Below, piece after piece: positions 50,425 through 63,960 of a DNA stretch of 64,000 nucleotides. Every line of letters starts with the position of its first letter. Position 1 is the first letter of the stretch. The notes under the pieces are model-generated. The model was not told the DNA's origin and searched no databases. It worked only from the letters and a program-made list of their open reading frames with translations. This DNA is from Mytilus trossulus (taxonomy: Eukaryota): positions 17,794,001 through 17,858,000 of the forward strand of contig NC_086383.1 in assembly GCF_036588685.1 (NCBI RefSeq), written 5' to 3'. A program made the translations under genes and the position numbers.

Positions 50425-51669
50425 AACAATACGTTTAATATCGATCACTACATACGAAAAGGGGTGAGAATCGGAGACGGTCAAGGCTTGAATTATTCGA
50501 GTTACATATTAGATACAATTAGCAGTTATAAGTCAATTCAATAAAGATGTTTAATAAAACAGCTTGAACAAATATAATATGCAAAATATCTGCAAACAAA
50601 ATCTATGAATTAAAAAGAGGGAAAATAAAAACTGTTAAAGTCGCTATTTAATTTTTATTTTTTTTTAATTGTAGGGAATAGCGCAAAGTAAAGATCGGAA
50701 ATACTGTGATAAAATTTTCCTGAAAAAAATGAAACAAATCTGTTCAACAAGAAAGGGTTGGAGAAAAAGATCGTGCAAAAGATTTTCAAGGTTGTATTAT
50801 GTTGGTGTTTGTGCGGGCGGAAAATCATCATTTCGGCAGACTCCAAAAGCTGAATGTAGCGTACTAGACTGGATAGCCAGTTGTTTTCCGTAAATTAAAC
50901 ATAGTCTCTAGTTGCATGGTTAGATTATACTTTGTATTTGTCTGAAAAAAAATAAAGATATAAATAGTTTACTAGTATATATTTTGTTTTTTTCCTGAAC
51001 TAAAACCCGTGTCACAAGAGTGGCTCGCTTGTTGCACACCTGCCACAATTTTGCGCCTGTCCCAAGTCAGGAGCCTCTGTCCTCTGTAAGTCTTGTATTA
51101 TTTTAACTTTTAGTTTCTTGTGTAAAATTTGGAGATTAGTATGGCGTTCATTATCACTGAACTAGTATACGTATTGTTTAGGGGCCAGCTGAAAGACGCC
51201 TCTGGGTGCGGGAATTTCTCGCTGCATTGAAGACCTGTTGGTGACCTTCTGCTGTTATCTGCTATTTGGTCAGGTTGCTGTCCCTTTGACACATTCTCCA
51301 TTTCCATTCTCAATTTTGTGTTTGTAAAGTTTATTAACGCTCTGACAATTCAAGGGAAGAAACAATAGTTACAATCAATTGACTTTTATTCACTTTTTAA
51401 CTCGTTGTTTACTGTGATAGATGTTTTCTAGTACAGACAAAAGGGGCTATATAAACCAAAAGACAAAACTAAATTTAACAATAACCTCTAAACAACAAAT
51501 TATCGATTTATCGATTAAAAAGATTGATTGAATGTTCTTTGTTTCAAGTTCACCGGCGATCAGTCAAAAGTAAACTCCGAGGAAAATTCAAAACGAAAAG
51601 TTCAAATTCAAATAACAAAATCAGAATCTCAAACACATCAAACGATTGGATTACAACTGTCATATTCCT

Positions 51670-52530
51670 GACTTTGGTGTGCTCGTAAAGAGAACTGCTT
51701 GTAGGCTGAATAACATCATGGGGCTGCTGCTATCTGGCAAAAGATTCAAATCTTGGTTTGTTAACAGCAAATGTTGATGTTGTTCTGTCATACATGATGA
51801 TGACCATGTCTGTGTTATCATACTCAAGCGGGCAAAGCATCCGTAACATCTGGAATACTTCCCATGTCTGCCAAGCTGACCTATTAATTTTTCACCTAAA
51901 TGCAGACACAACGTCACATTCACTGAATGCATTGACGAAAGGAAGAACAGCTACATGAGGAACACATGAATTTCAGATGTCTTGAACAGGAAACCATCGA
52001 AAGTCTTTATTGCTTTTAAAGCATATCCAAAATGTGTCCACACATCATTTAGCGGTGCTGCAATTCTTAAAAGAATACTGGAAATTAATCTTCAGCAGCA
52101 TACTTATCATGGGAAACATTCGTGCATTTGCTTCGTCATAGTTACAAGAGGATAGCTGGGAAGTATTATTATTGAATTTGCAATGAATATTTTCACCATG
52201 CACAGCAAAAGCATTTTCAATTATCTCTAAAGAAGTAATTATTTCGCAATAGGCAAGATACTTGAACAATTTTCTTGTCTCCTTAACAAAGAAATATACT
52301 CAAAACCCGTGGCGTTCTACCAGAACCTTAAACATTCTGTTTAGCCCTATTACCTTGCCTTTTTGTAGTTACAGCTTTTAGATAATCCAACTTGTAAACA
52401 TCAAATACAATGTAAACTAGTACGCTCGAATACTTATCGATGCGAAATTGTATGTTAGGCAGAATGACAACATTTGCATTAACAATTTTTTCTTCACGTT
52501 GTGACCTGGAAATAACATTGCTGCCCAACC
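51670..52530 (-). pseudogene. Decayed Academ-type transposase, XPG/PIN-like C-terminal region
   Basis: IVFDVYK..LKA.T.KRQG, NYDEANARM (HEEADTR-like), LPFVNAFSECDVVSAFR..SAWQTW (HxxxGCD-like) and DVIQPTSSSLYEHTK, in the expected order. Confidence 0.7.
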
Positions 52531-53544
52531 AACTGTAAATCTGTCAGAATTTTGATTAGTTGATTGCAAATCGCAGAATGCTTCAAGTTTACCCATACAT
52601 GTATGCTGCGATTTGATTCACTTGTTTATAGTGAAATCCTGAGAGAAAGTGAAAGAGAACTAATTTATCTTGGTTAAAAAATCTTAGTGAGTGCAAATCA
52701 CTCTTTGTGTTTATAAATAGTTGCGCATGCGCGAAATTATTTTTTACATGTGTAGCATTATATTGAAAAATGTTATCAAACCAATTTATAATATCATTAA
52801 AAATCCAAAAGCACAAGGTATTAATTAAAAGTAAATAGTTTAAATGTTTTTGTGTGATTTTTTAAACATAGTCGTGCATGTGCAAATTTGATTGGTTAAC
52901 TTCCAATGATGGCTATTTTCTTATATGCAATGACATGTTATGTGAAAATTTTTCTATAGTACTGGACAGGATAAAACTTTACTCATGCCAAGTATTTCTT
53001 TATTTGAAACAAAGATAAATTTTGCACAATTTTTTGAAAAGTGCAAATTTAACAAAGACTAATAGGGGAAAATCAATGGTGGTATTACATTTATTATAAC
53101 ATTTCTACCATAAATGAGTCAAAGTTACCCCCATATTTTTATTTATTGGCCTGAAAAGTTGAAATTTTTAGGAAATGTGAGGTATAAATTGACCCTAAGA
53201 GACCTTATAAAGAAGACAAAGAGGTTTATTAGTGGTATTTGATCCTCCTAAAATCAACTTGTGTATCATTTACAACTGTTTGTAGGCAGATAAGATAGAT
53301 ATTTGATAATTTATTGGTCCACACTGTATTTTAACTTGATACGGCTTGGTTTGGATTTGTCGAAGAAATTTTGCTCGAATCGCTGTAGATGTCGTCTTTC
53401 ATTATACTAGATTTTTCTCAAACTATTGAACTGATTATGACAAAACTTGACAGAAATGCTTGAAATAACCAGTATCACTAAGGGAAAAAGTCACATTCAG
53501 TTTATTGAACAAAAAGGTCTTCTTTATACTAGAGTAATACAGTA

Positions 53545-53890
53545 AAGGAAAAGAGAGACGAAAGATACCAGAGGGACAAGAAAAAGACAAAACACACAAA
53601 TAATAGAACACAACACACAAAATAGAAAACTAAATACTAAGCAAAACGAACTCCACCAAAACTTGAGGGGTCTCAAATGCTCTGGAAGGGTGAGCAGATT
53701 CTGCTCTTTATGTGGAGCCCATTGTGTTGCTCACATAATTACAAACTCGGTAAATAGTATAATTCGGTAGCTCATATTTGTAAAAAGGGAAGAGAAGTGT
53801 ACTAACAACATAATGAACATATCCGATATCATCTGTGAAACGGTTATTCCATATCGGTCAACCATTTCATAATGGCATCCTTAAGAAATT
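53545..53890 (-). mobile_element. 3' fragment of a different PLE family (RT tail plus UTR)
   Basis: HYEMVDRYGITVSQMISDMF followed by the gagcagaatctgctcacccttccagagcatttgag motif. Confidence 0.55.
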
Positions 53891-53956
53891 TAAATGAAAC
53901 GAAATTTATATGTTGACCACTTAAAAGAACTTGAACTGCTCCATATGATTTGTATC

Positions 53957-54348
53957 CGTTTAGGCATTTTTAAATAAGGAAACGTTTAGGCATTATAGAA
54001 TAAGGAAACGTTTAGACATTATAGAAAACGGAAACATTTAGGCAATATAGAATGAGGAAACTTTTATGCATAATAGAATAAGGAAACGTTTAGGCATTAT
54101 ACAATAAGGAAACGTTTAGGCATTATGGAATAACGAAACGTTTTGGTATATTAATGAAATAAGCAAACGTTTAGGCATTATAGAATAAGGAAACAGATTG
54201 ACCTGATATAAAACACCAATCTATGCATTATAGAATAAGGAAACGTTTAGGCATTATAGAATAAGGAAACGTTTAGGCATTATAGAATAAGGAAACGTTT
54301 AGGCATTATAGAATAAGGTAATATTTCGACATTTCGGAATATGGAAAC
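53957..54348. repeat. 26-bp minisatellite (taaggaaacgtttaggcattatagaa)n, about 14 copies
   Basis: aaacgtttagg recurs at 54241, 54267, 54293 and elsewhere; no unique spacers. Confidence 0.92.
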
Positions 54349-54354
54349 CCTTTC

Positions 54355-57300
54355 TTCGTCATCTATTTCATAACCATGACACAACCCTTATATCCTTTTC
54401 AACAAAAGGATAATTGTTTTCTATGTTTGATTTGATAAGTATTTCTTGGATTTTTTTTTTAAATTAACTGTGACGTACTACAACTGAAAAGTAAGTGTTG
54501 CAGGGTTTCTATATTATTGTCATTTTGACACATATGGTATTTTGCATTTGATATCTTCATTTCTTTTAATCTTTCTTCAGTATATAAAATATATTACATG
54601 GATCTCCATTGAAATTCTTTTACTTTATTTTCAATTTTCAAATGTTGTCATCCCGACCACGTATTTTCCCAAGGTTTATTCGTTCCAAATATTTCCTGCA
54701 CCTAATTTGACATTTTGGAGATACATCTTTATTCAAAACCGCATGAATATATTTAAGTTTTAACTTTGATGGTTTGGTTTGATTGTTTGGTTATTTTTAA
54801 GTTAATGATCTGAGTCGGGTGTGTCTATTCTGTGTTGGTCTTAGCATTATATATCCGGGTTTAGTTTTTTTGTAATTAGTTAATACTTCAGTTTCATTAT
54901 GTACATCTCTTTCATATTCATTTCATAAAATTTACTGTTTGCCATAGCATGAATTGTTCTAAATTATAAGGATGTTCTTATCCCAAGCATAAAAACAACG
55001 CCGTATTTGGCACAACCTTTTTCAACTTCTGAACTTCAGTGCTGTATAACTTTGTACTTTTTTCACTTTCGATCTTTTATATATGGGCGTCACTGGTGAG
55101 TCTTGTGTGGACGAGGCGCGTTTTTGGCGTATTGAATTTTAAACCTGATGCTTTTTGTTATCTATTAATCATGTGTTTCTTTGTCTAATATGTTCTCCTA
55201 TTTATTTGTATTGTAGTCCTGTAATATTATGTTTTCATTTAAATGTTATATTTAAATTTCGCATTAAAGTGCGAGGTTTGGCATGCCACACAACCAGGTT
55301 CAACCCACCATGTTTATTCCCCTTTAAAAATGTCCTGTACCAAGTCAGGAAGATGGCCATTGTTATATTATTGTTCGTTTCTGTGTGTGTTGCATTTTTA
55401 CGTTGTGTCGTTTGTTTTCTCTTATTTTTGAGATATTAAGATAAGACGTAGCACGGTACTTGTCTCTCCCAAATGCATGTATTTGGTTTTATGTTATATT
55501 TGTTATTCTCGTGGTATTTTGTCTGATGCTTGGTCCGTTTCTGTGTGTGTTGCGTTTCGGTGTTGTGTCGTTGTTCTCATCTTATATTTTATGCGTTTCT
55601 CTTGGTTTTAGTTTGTTACCTCGATTTTGTTTTTTGTCCATGGATTTTAGAGTTTTGAACAGCGGTATACTACTGTTGCCTTTATTTGATATCTTTAATT
55701 TGTTTTCGTAATGCAAATTCGGGTTTCCACAAGATTTCAAAATTTGCGCGAAATCTTTAGACGTTTGTTTAATTTTTGAAAATTCTTTCTGAAATACATT
55801 TTTTCCGATTAATGAGCTTCCTATAAATTTCATTGCAGTAAACAAAATCTGTAGTTCTGTCTTCCAAATGTCCTTAATAGTTTTGATATCACATTTTTAA
55901 AAAGAAGAGTATAACAATGTTTTTTTAACCTAATAGAAAAGTTTCCAAATGTTCTCGAATTTAAAATTTCACTTTTATTTGAAGGTGTACATGTATCAAT
56001 ATTTTGAATGAATATTGACCGCGTATTTACAATTTTGTGGTAAAATAGTGGTAGTTTATTCATATCTAAACCATTTAAACTTAAATATTTACATACAAAA
56101 AATGCATCATTATATTTTTCATCGAATATCCGAAGCAAATACTTACCGATCGCATTCCATCTTTCCAATGGCTCATGCCTTAAACGATATACAAGTTTTA
56201 TTTGTTAACTTTTTGTAAACTTATCTATACTTACCATACCCACCACTCCTTTTATTTCACTCAAATATCAGACATGTATATCTACATGATTCAATTTTCC
56301 GTCCCATATAAAGTTTCAAAATGCATTATTTAGTTCTTTAGTATATTTATTCGGAATTCTTCGTATTTCGATCTAGTAGGAACAGAGAGAAAGTATCATA
56401 TAATTTTACTATAAAAGAGAGACGAAACTTATAAATCGAAAATAAATTAACAACGCCAAAAGTGTTTTACAGTACAACCCGTGACATCCTCTTAGTTATG
56501 TCCACTCTCTTGCATGGTCAACATCCAATGGTGAACATTTATTGGGGTATTCAATCTTAAGATGTTAACCATTTATTGGGGTCATAAAACATAGGTAGAT
56601 TTTTTTATCTAATTATCTTACCTGTTAAAATCAATCAGGGTTGAAGTTTTCAGCTGGTATGTTTCATTAAGATTTACCTGTACAGGTAACTCAGGTTCCT
56701 TTTAAAATTGATATTTCAACTTTTTTTGAAAATGTAGAGTAAAATATTGATTTAGTCTGTAAATTTTTTTTTATTTTTTTTTTGTCTTTAATTTTATATA
56801 AAGTTTTTATTTTTCTAAATAATAATTGTTTTTTTTCATTTTTGTATGTTTTTTTTTCATTTCTTTTTGTTTTTTTATTCTTTTAATTTCTTCTTGGTAA
56901 GACTCTGGAGTAGAAATAGCAAAAAGTGAAAGATAAAGTTATTGACTAGCCTTTGTAATAAACACTTTTAATAATTGTTTTTTAGTAAAAGGTTAATGTA
57001 CATAATGTACATTGTATTCAATTATTTGTTTGCATTATTAAATGAATTACTGCTATTATATAATAACTAATAATCATGCAAATGATTTCTTTTTAAATGA
57101 AATTATAAATAAGTCAGTTTCTTGAAAAATTAAGATGATCAATATCAATCCTTTTACAATTAATTTGATAATATCTAATATTATTCAGGTAAACTACAAG
57201 TATTATTATATGGTTTAGGAATACACTAATTTTGTTTATCTAAATATTTTCAAATCTCAAAACAAGAGTTGTGCACAAACAATCTCTGAATTTAGACTTA

Positions 57301-59300
57301 TTTTCCAAATGCCCATCATCATCAAATTTTGATAGATGTTCATTAAAAATGCTAATCATAATGAAATGTTCATATATCTGAATAAAGTGAAACGTATGAA
57401 AAGAAATTATTTAAAGAAATCTTCTTAAAAATTATTAAATATGTTATCTTCAGTTTGGTTAATTTCTGTCAAAATCTGTCTCCAGAAAAAATTAAGTGCA
57501 CTTATAAAGATGGTGACACTTTTATGGTCTATTAATTAAATCATAATTTTGTTCTGTGTATCATATTTTCGAAGTGCTGGACTGGCATGATACATATTTT
57601 TGGTATACATTTGAAAAGGATATTTCACTCAACAAAGGCAATGTTGGCATTTTAGATAAGTTAATACATGTAATAATTGCAGGGACTTGAATGAATTTAG
57701 ACTTTTAAAGTCCCTAATAAAAAATGATTTAAAGAAAAATCTGAGAATAAAAACGTATGATAAAAACTATAAACTCGATTGTGTCAATAGGTAGAAAATT
57801 GTTGGTCATAATTTAGAAATAGAAAATAGTGGACAATATATAATTCCTGGAAAGGATAGTATATATATGTAAACTGTACCACTTGTTGGTCAATGAAGAA
57901 CATTATTTATCTTCTCATAATAATGTCTCTTAGCCAAGAACAAAAACTAAAAGAAATGCTTAACCTCTAAATCATGGATCATGTTTAAAATATCATATGA
58001 CAATAAAAATATGATCAAATTTTGTTGTAATGAATATTTCTAATATTTATATTTTATTCGATAGAGAAATAATGAATTGCCTAAATTTTATTTAGCATAA
58101 GTCCTCAGACAATCATAAACATTTGTTAAACAATGTTGAATGCAGATCAGTCTATCTACAATAATAAAACATTTTGATTTTAGAAAATTAATTTAAGAAA
58201 CACCTTTTTAAAAGAAAAAGGCAGGCAGTGTAAATGTTTGCAGTTGAAAATGATATTCATTTATTCTTCACTTACCAAACAAATAGACTTAATACATATA
58301 AAATAAAAATAACTTAAATTGATTAAAAGATATTTAAAAGGTAGTATATCAAAACCAATAGTAATGAGACAATTTTTTTTTAATAAGCAATTTGTTCAAC
58401 TTGTTTTATTATTTCATTTTGTTTTTGAATTTCTCGTCATAATCACAGTTAGCATTAAATTTGGCAAACACATAGAAAACTCCATCATTTTCTACATTAG
58501 AAAATGCCTGTACCAAGTCAGGCATATGAATCCACCATTTTCTACATTAGAAAATGCCTGTACCAAGTCAGGAATATGGCAGTTGTTATCCATTCGTTTG
58601 ATGTGTTTGGACTTTTGATTTTGCCTTTTGATTTTGGATTTCCCTTTTTGAATTTTCCTCGGAGTTCGGTATTTTTGTGTTTTACTTTATACATGTATAT
58701 TTTACCTGAGACATATGACTTGTAAGTTATATAATTTTAACACTTATATGCATACAGGATTTCCCTTTATCCTTGACTAGTTTTTTTATTAATACCTTGT
58801 GTATGAAAAAACAACAGGGGGTATGATGATGGACATATAGGGTCACCATGGCCAACATATTTTTTATGGCCACCATTTATATGATAAAGTCGCAGGTAGT
58901 ACTGTACCTGTAAATGTAAGCTTCATACTCTTCCATACGTGTATACAAGTTTTAACTTTATCTATTATTTTTCTCCAAATATCATCGTCATCTATTTCAT
59001 AACCATGACACCACCCCTAATGTTTTAACATGCCTGTGATCCAATTGATTTTAATATCAAATTTTAGTCGTTTTCTTTTAGAAGTCCCTAAAAGTAAGCC
59101 ACATGTTTTGCAATAGTTTATTCTAGAACCCGAAGCTTTTTTCTAATTTTCGTATAAAGACAAAATTTTTAAAGTATTTCCTACAGATTTTTCATTTTTA
59201 TTAAATACCTTGGTGTCATCTGCAAACATACATAATTTAGTTTCTATAAAATTCCCTCCCTGGCCTAGAGATTATTTATTAGTTCATATACCCTGTGTGT
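54355..59300 (-). mobile_element. Heavily decayed, fragmented L1/Tx1-like LINE with nested repeats
   Basis: LCMFADDTKVF (about 59205-59240), ASGSRINYCKT, VGHGDPICP (about 58830-58860), NFIWDGK (about 56296-56316) and ETLQHLLFSC zinc-knuckle remnant (about 54480-54510). Confidence 0.65.
55087..55130 (+). ncRNA. Degenerate minimal type I hammerhead ribozyme within a dispersed repeat
   Basis: GCGTCA-CTGGTGA-GTC(TTGTGTG)GAC-GAGG-CGCG-TTTT-TGGCGT. Stems I and II and the palindromic CGCG are intact; the CUGAUGA and GAAA cores are mutated. Confidence 0.6.
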
Positions 59301-60110
59301 ATAAATTACAAGTGGTGTTTGACTTATCACTTTCTCGACACGTCTTATTAATCTAAAATATTCACAATTATTAAGACGTATGACGACACTTCGCATCTAG
59401 AAAACACCATAAATAAAATATGTGTACTTAGTCTATATCAATATAAACTTTACAGACAATTGGTTTTAATGTTTGAGAATACTTAACGCTCTCTGTATGC
59501 TAAAATAACAAGTGTACTAAAATTATCATATATTACAGTTTATTCGTTATTTTTTTATTTTTTTTATGCCAGAGACCAAGGATTTTTATTTTGAAATAGT
59601 TGAAGAGATTTTCCCAACATTTCTTATGAGAAGATAAACAAAGTAATAAGACAGGATATCATTCTAAAATTATTGTACATTTAGAAATATAATTACGTTT
59701 TGTTGTGTTGAATTAGTATAAATAAATGTATGTTTGATGTTTACAGCGGGAAACTATGGTAATAGGAAACCCAAACTAACTATGACTATATTTATACTTC
59801 AATTTGTATTTGTTTTCAAAGACGTGAAATGAAATATATTATAATTGAAAAGGTCGACAATAAATTTTCATTTTGAATGCACAATATAGCGGTAATAAAT
59901 ACAAATGCAGCTGGTGATTAAATTCTGTCCTCAACATCTACAAGTTAGCTGCTGTAATTTGCAATTAAGACAACACTATTTCAAAGGACAAATGAATTAA
60001 TAGGATACACACATTTACAGGTCTTCGTATTGTTTCTACATGAGCATTACGATAGCCTTGTAAAAGATGTGCCACATGTAAGGCAATATATCTAGGGTGT
60101 GTCTTGTGTA

Positions 60111-61100
60111 CTAATATGATGCAGGCATTACCTGTAAATGGGGACGAAGTCTGTATGAATTATTTTTTGTAACTTATTCTGTATTCTGTAACTTAAATAT
60201 TTGTTACAACAAAGAAACGGAAATATAACGTAACGTTTCCGATTTTGGTTCTGTTGTGAGGGATTTTAGTTGTGACGTTATTTAACTGTGACGTCATATT
60301 CAATGTAAACAAAGAAACGCTATCTTCAGGTAACGTTTTTTTCAAATCAAGGAAATATTAAAAATGAAATTGGTATTGCATTCCTTCCTATTTATACTAG
60401 ACTGATAAATAAATAGTTTACTCAAATATTCATACAACACGAGACCGGAAAAAGGAAGTTCATTGTAGATTTCTACACAGGTCCGGGATTTCAAAACATG
60501 ACATAAAAACAATTGAACGATTTTGAGTTCATTAGTACAATAAAAAATTCGGGAAATTTTCCCGTTTTTTTTTTTATTGAATTTTCTACTGTTATTGGGG
60601 ACTTTGTCCCCATAATATGAGGCAGCCATTACCTGTAAATGGGGACGAAGTCTGTATGAGTTATTTTTTTGTAACTTAAATATTTGTAAAAAAAAAAAAA
60701 AAAGAAACGGAAATACCGTAACGTTTCCGATTTTGGTTCTGTTGTTAGGGATTTTAGTTGTGACGTTATTTAAGTTATGACGTCATATGCAATGTAAAGA
60801 TGAAAGGCTTTCATCAGGTAACGTTTTTTCATATCAAGGAATTATGAAAAAATGAAATTGGTATTGCGTTTCTTCCTATTTTATACTAGACTGATAAATA
60901 TATATTCTACTTAAAGTTTCATACAAACGAGACCGGAAAAAGGAAGTACATTGTAGACTTCTGCGCAGGTCCGGGATTTCAAAACATGACATAAAAAAAA
61001 TTGAACGATTTTGAGTTCATTAGTACAATAAAAAATTCGGGAAATTTTCTTTGAAATTTTTATTGAATTTTCTACTGTTATTGGGGACTTCGTCCCCATA
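60111..61100. mobile_element. Head-to-tail dimer of a ~502-bp MITE-like unit
   Basis: Units 60111-60612 and 60613-61100, each with the inverted pair atggggacgaagtc / gactt(c/t)gtccccat. Confidence 0.8.
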
Positions 61101-61715
61101 TTATGTGTCTGTTTGTCATTTTCTCTTTATCCATGTTGTTATCAGTTTGATTTTGATCTATGAGTTTGACTTTCCCTCTGGTATCTTTCGCCCCTCTTTT
61201 GTAGAAAGCTATATATATTAAAAGGTTCAAAATAGCGAAATATTAATCAATACAGTGGTGAAGCTAAACAATATTCTAATGAAAGCCAATTACAGTAAAG
61301 GACATGCATTGCTAGCTTGCATGAAACAGACCAATAAACTATATGGCGGGGTTAATTGTGTTAATAAGCACCCGAATTTTCTAACGATTCTTTGGCAGTA
61401 ATATGAAAACACAATGTATACAAATGTGAAAATCGGTTGACAAAGACTCTTAAAATCAATAACTATACAAAACAAAAACAATAAAAGCAACAAACAAATT
61501 GACATAGCAAAAAATAAACTCACAAAAATACTGAAGACAGAAGAAAATTCAAAACGGAAAATTCCTAATTAAATGGCAATATCAATAAATTAGCACATCA
61601 AACTAATGGACAACAACTGTCATATTCCTCACAGGCATTTTCAAATGTAAAAAATGGTAAATTGAACCTGGTTTTATAGCGTTAAACCTTTCATTTGTAC
61701 GACAGTCGCATCCAT

Positions 61716-63000
61716 TCCTATTATCTTAGATGCTCATAAAAAATAACAAGATTGGTATTGGCAGGAAATGGCCACAGCATTTATTAACAGATATGATATA
61801 TGTACTGTTATATGAAATGCAATTTGTGATATGATATATGTACTATTATATGAAATGCAATTTGTGATACATGTAGATATATGAACTAAAATTAACTGAT
61901 AAAAATGCATATGTGTCTTTGAAAATGTTATATGATGATCGCCGAATATGTTTGAGGTGGCAGACCATATATGAAAAGGGGAAGTTCAAGATAAGCTATT
62001 AACCCTGGAAATCAGAGGCTAAAGCTATCATACGATTACAATAAGTCTGTAAACTGCAAATATGTTATCTAAGCGCAGCGAAATCTGCCATAAATCAAGC
62101 GACTAACCCTGGATATCAGAAGTTATCGCTACCAACCCAAAGTTTAATAAAAATCAGAAAAAAACAACAACAAACTAATAAATTTCTTTCCAAGTTATCC
62201 ATTCAATTTCTATATGCATGCACGTCCACTCCTCGTCCAGGATTAATCTTTTTTCTTGAATGACCGTCTCGTCATTAGAACTTTTGTACATCTTTCCACA
62301 TAGAGTGATGATTTAATTGATGTAGTCTAGACAACACAATTCTGAAATAAACAAACAAAACCAAACAGCAGTATTTTCCTTATGAATTGCATTCTACTCA
62401 TAGATTTAAGGGAGGGTGGGCGGTTTTTAGAAGATAAATCTATGGCTAAAAAATGCGTCTGCTTTTCCTAAATGTCGACGTCAAAAAGGAGGATTATGGG
62501 TAAATCAATCACTTGCAAAGATCGATAATCCAACTAGAAACCAAATACTATTACTTGACGATGTAGTATAACGACGGACAGTGATATGAGCACTACCGAT
62601 AACCGCTTTAAATTTTAGATTTAAATCCTATTATCTTAGATGCTCATAAAAAATAACAAGATTGGTATTGGCAGGAAATGGCCACAGCATTTATTAACAG
62701 ATATGATATATGTACTGTTATATGAAATGCAATTTGTGATATGATATATGTACTTTTATATGAAATGCAATTTGTGATACATGTAGATATATGAACTAAA
62801 ATTAACTGATAAAAATGCATATGTGTCTTTGAAAATGTTATATGATGATCGCCGAATATGTTTGAGGTGGCAGACCATATATGAAAAGGGGAAGTTCAAG
62901 ATAAGCTATTAACCCTGGAAATCAGAGGCTAATGCTATCATACGATTACAATAAGTCTGTAAACTGCAAATATGTTATCTAAGCGCAGCGAAATCTGCCA
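61716..63000. repeat. 375-bp near-identical direct repeats (61716-62090, 62626-63000) flanking 535 bp
   Basis: Offset is exactly 910 nt, with only two substitutions seen by eye. Contains an internal 38-bp tandem. Confidence 0.9.
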
Positions 63001-63619
63001 AATTGGCGGTGCTGCGACAATTTTAGCCTATAGTTAAAATTTTCACAGAACCGTCAACCGCCAATAAAATTGGGGGGAGCTGCGCATAGCTGTGCCATTT
63101 CAAGCAAAATTTGATTAAAATAATTTTCTGATAAATGAATATGCCATTATATGATATAAATTGTAAATTAACAAGCAACTATGTGTATTATTTATAAAAC
63201 AGCCCAATAATGTCGATGTTTCGTTTAACTGTTCACTAAGAACATATATAGGCAACTAAAAACAGTCAAATAGATATAGGAAGATGTGGTGTGAGTGCCA
63301 ATGTGACAATTCTCCATCCGAATAACAATTTAAAAAAAAACGTAAACCATTATAGGTCAATGTAGGCCTTCAACACGGAGCCTTGGCTCACACCGAACAA
63401 CAAGCTATAAATTGCCCCAAAATTACTAGTGCAAAACCATTCAAACGATAAAAACCAACGGTCTAATCTATATATATATATAATGCAATGTTTGAAGACC
63501 GTCATTGCAGTCTTGGCAATAAAACTCGAGACCAAATCAAGTTGTAACAGGCAAATCAATATATAACCTTGATATAAATTGAACTAGCTAATGATGAAAG
63601 TAACCTAGTTTGATATTTT

Positions 63620-63960
63620 AAATATGTCATTTCCCAATGTGCACTGTTATATAGCTGTGAGGATCTTCCAATCTTCGCATTAGAATATTCTTCACCTTAG
63701 AGATAGTTAAGCCATCGGTAAAAACAAACCTACCATCAAATTTTCACTTCCGACCTTTTCAAAGCCAAATTACCTCCTCCCGGTCGTTGTCTTGCTTCCA
63801 AAATCACATTCTTAATAATTGACGACCTAACAATCCAAACCCTTATAGGAGAAACGGCAACATACACACAATTAACTGGGAATTCGTATATGTAACGCAA
63901 ATATGCACACGCTTTCAAACACCTAAATATTTTATTGGATAATCCATCACAACACAAGTT
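63620..63960 (-). pseudogene. Relic of an Ngaro/DIRS-like element: tyrosine-recombinase C-terminus followed by SGNH hydrolase
   Basis: GLSNKIFRCLKACAYLRYI (YR box II-like), then VWIVRSSII..EARQRPGGGNLAL and, after a frameshift, LMRRLEDPHSYITVHIGK (SGNH blocks I and III-like). Confidence 0.55.

Noticed and set aside
53957-54348. CRISPR-like regular repeats (also 1400-1925 and 43270-43650)
   Set aside because: Head-to-tail units with no unique spacers, no cas genes, and a eukaryotic context.
341-63957. Most 60-130 aa ORFs in the track
   Set aside because: They use non-ATG starts or have F/L/I/Y/K-rich composition typical of chance ORFs in AT-rich introns and repeats, with no motifs or splice support.
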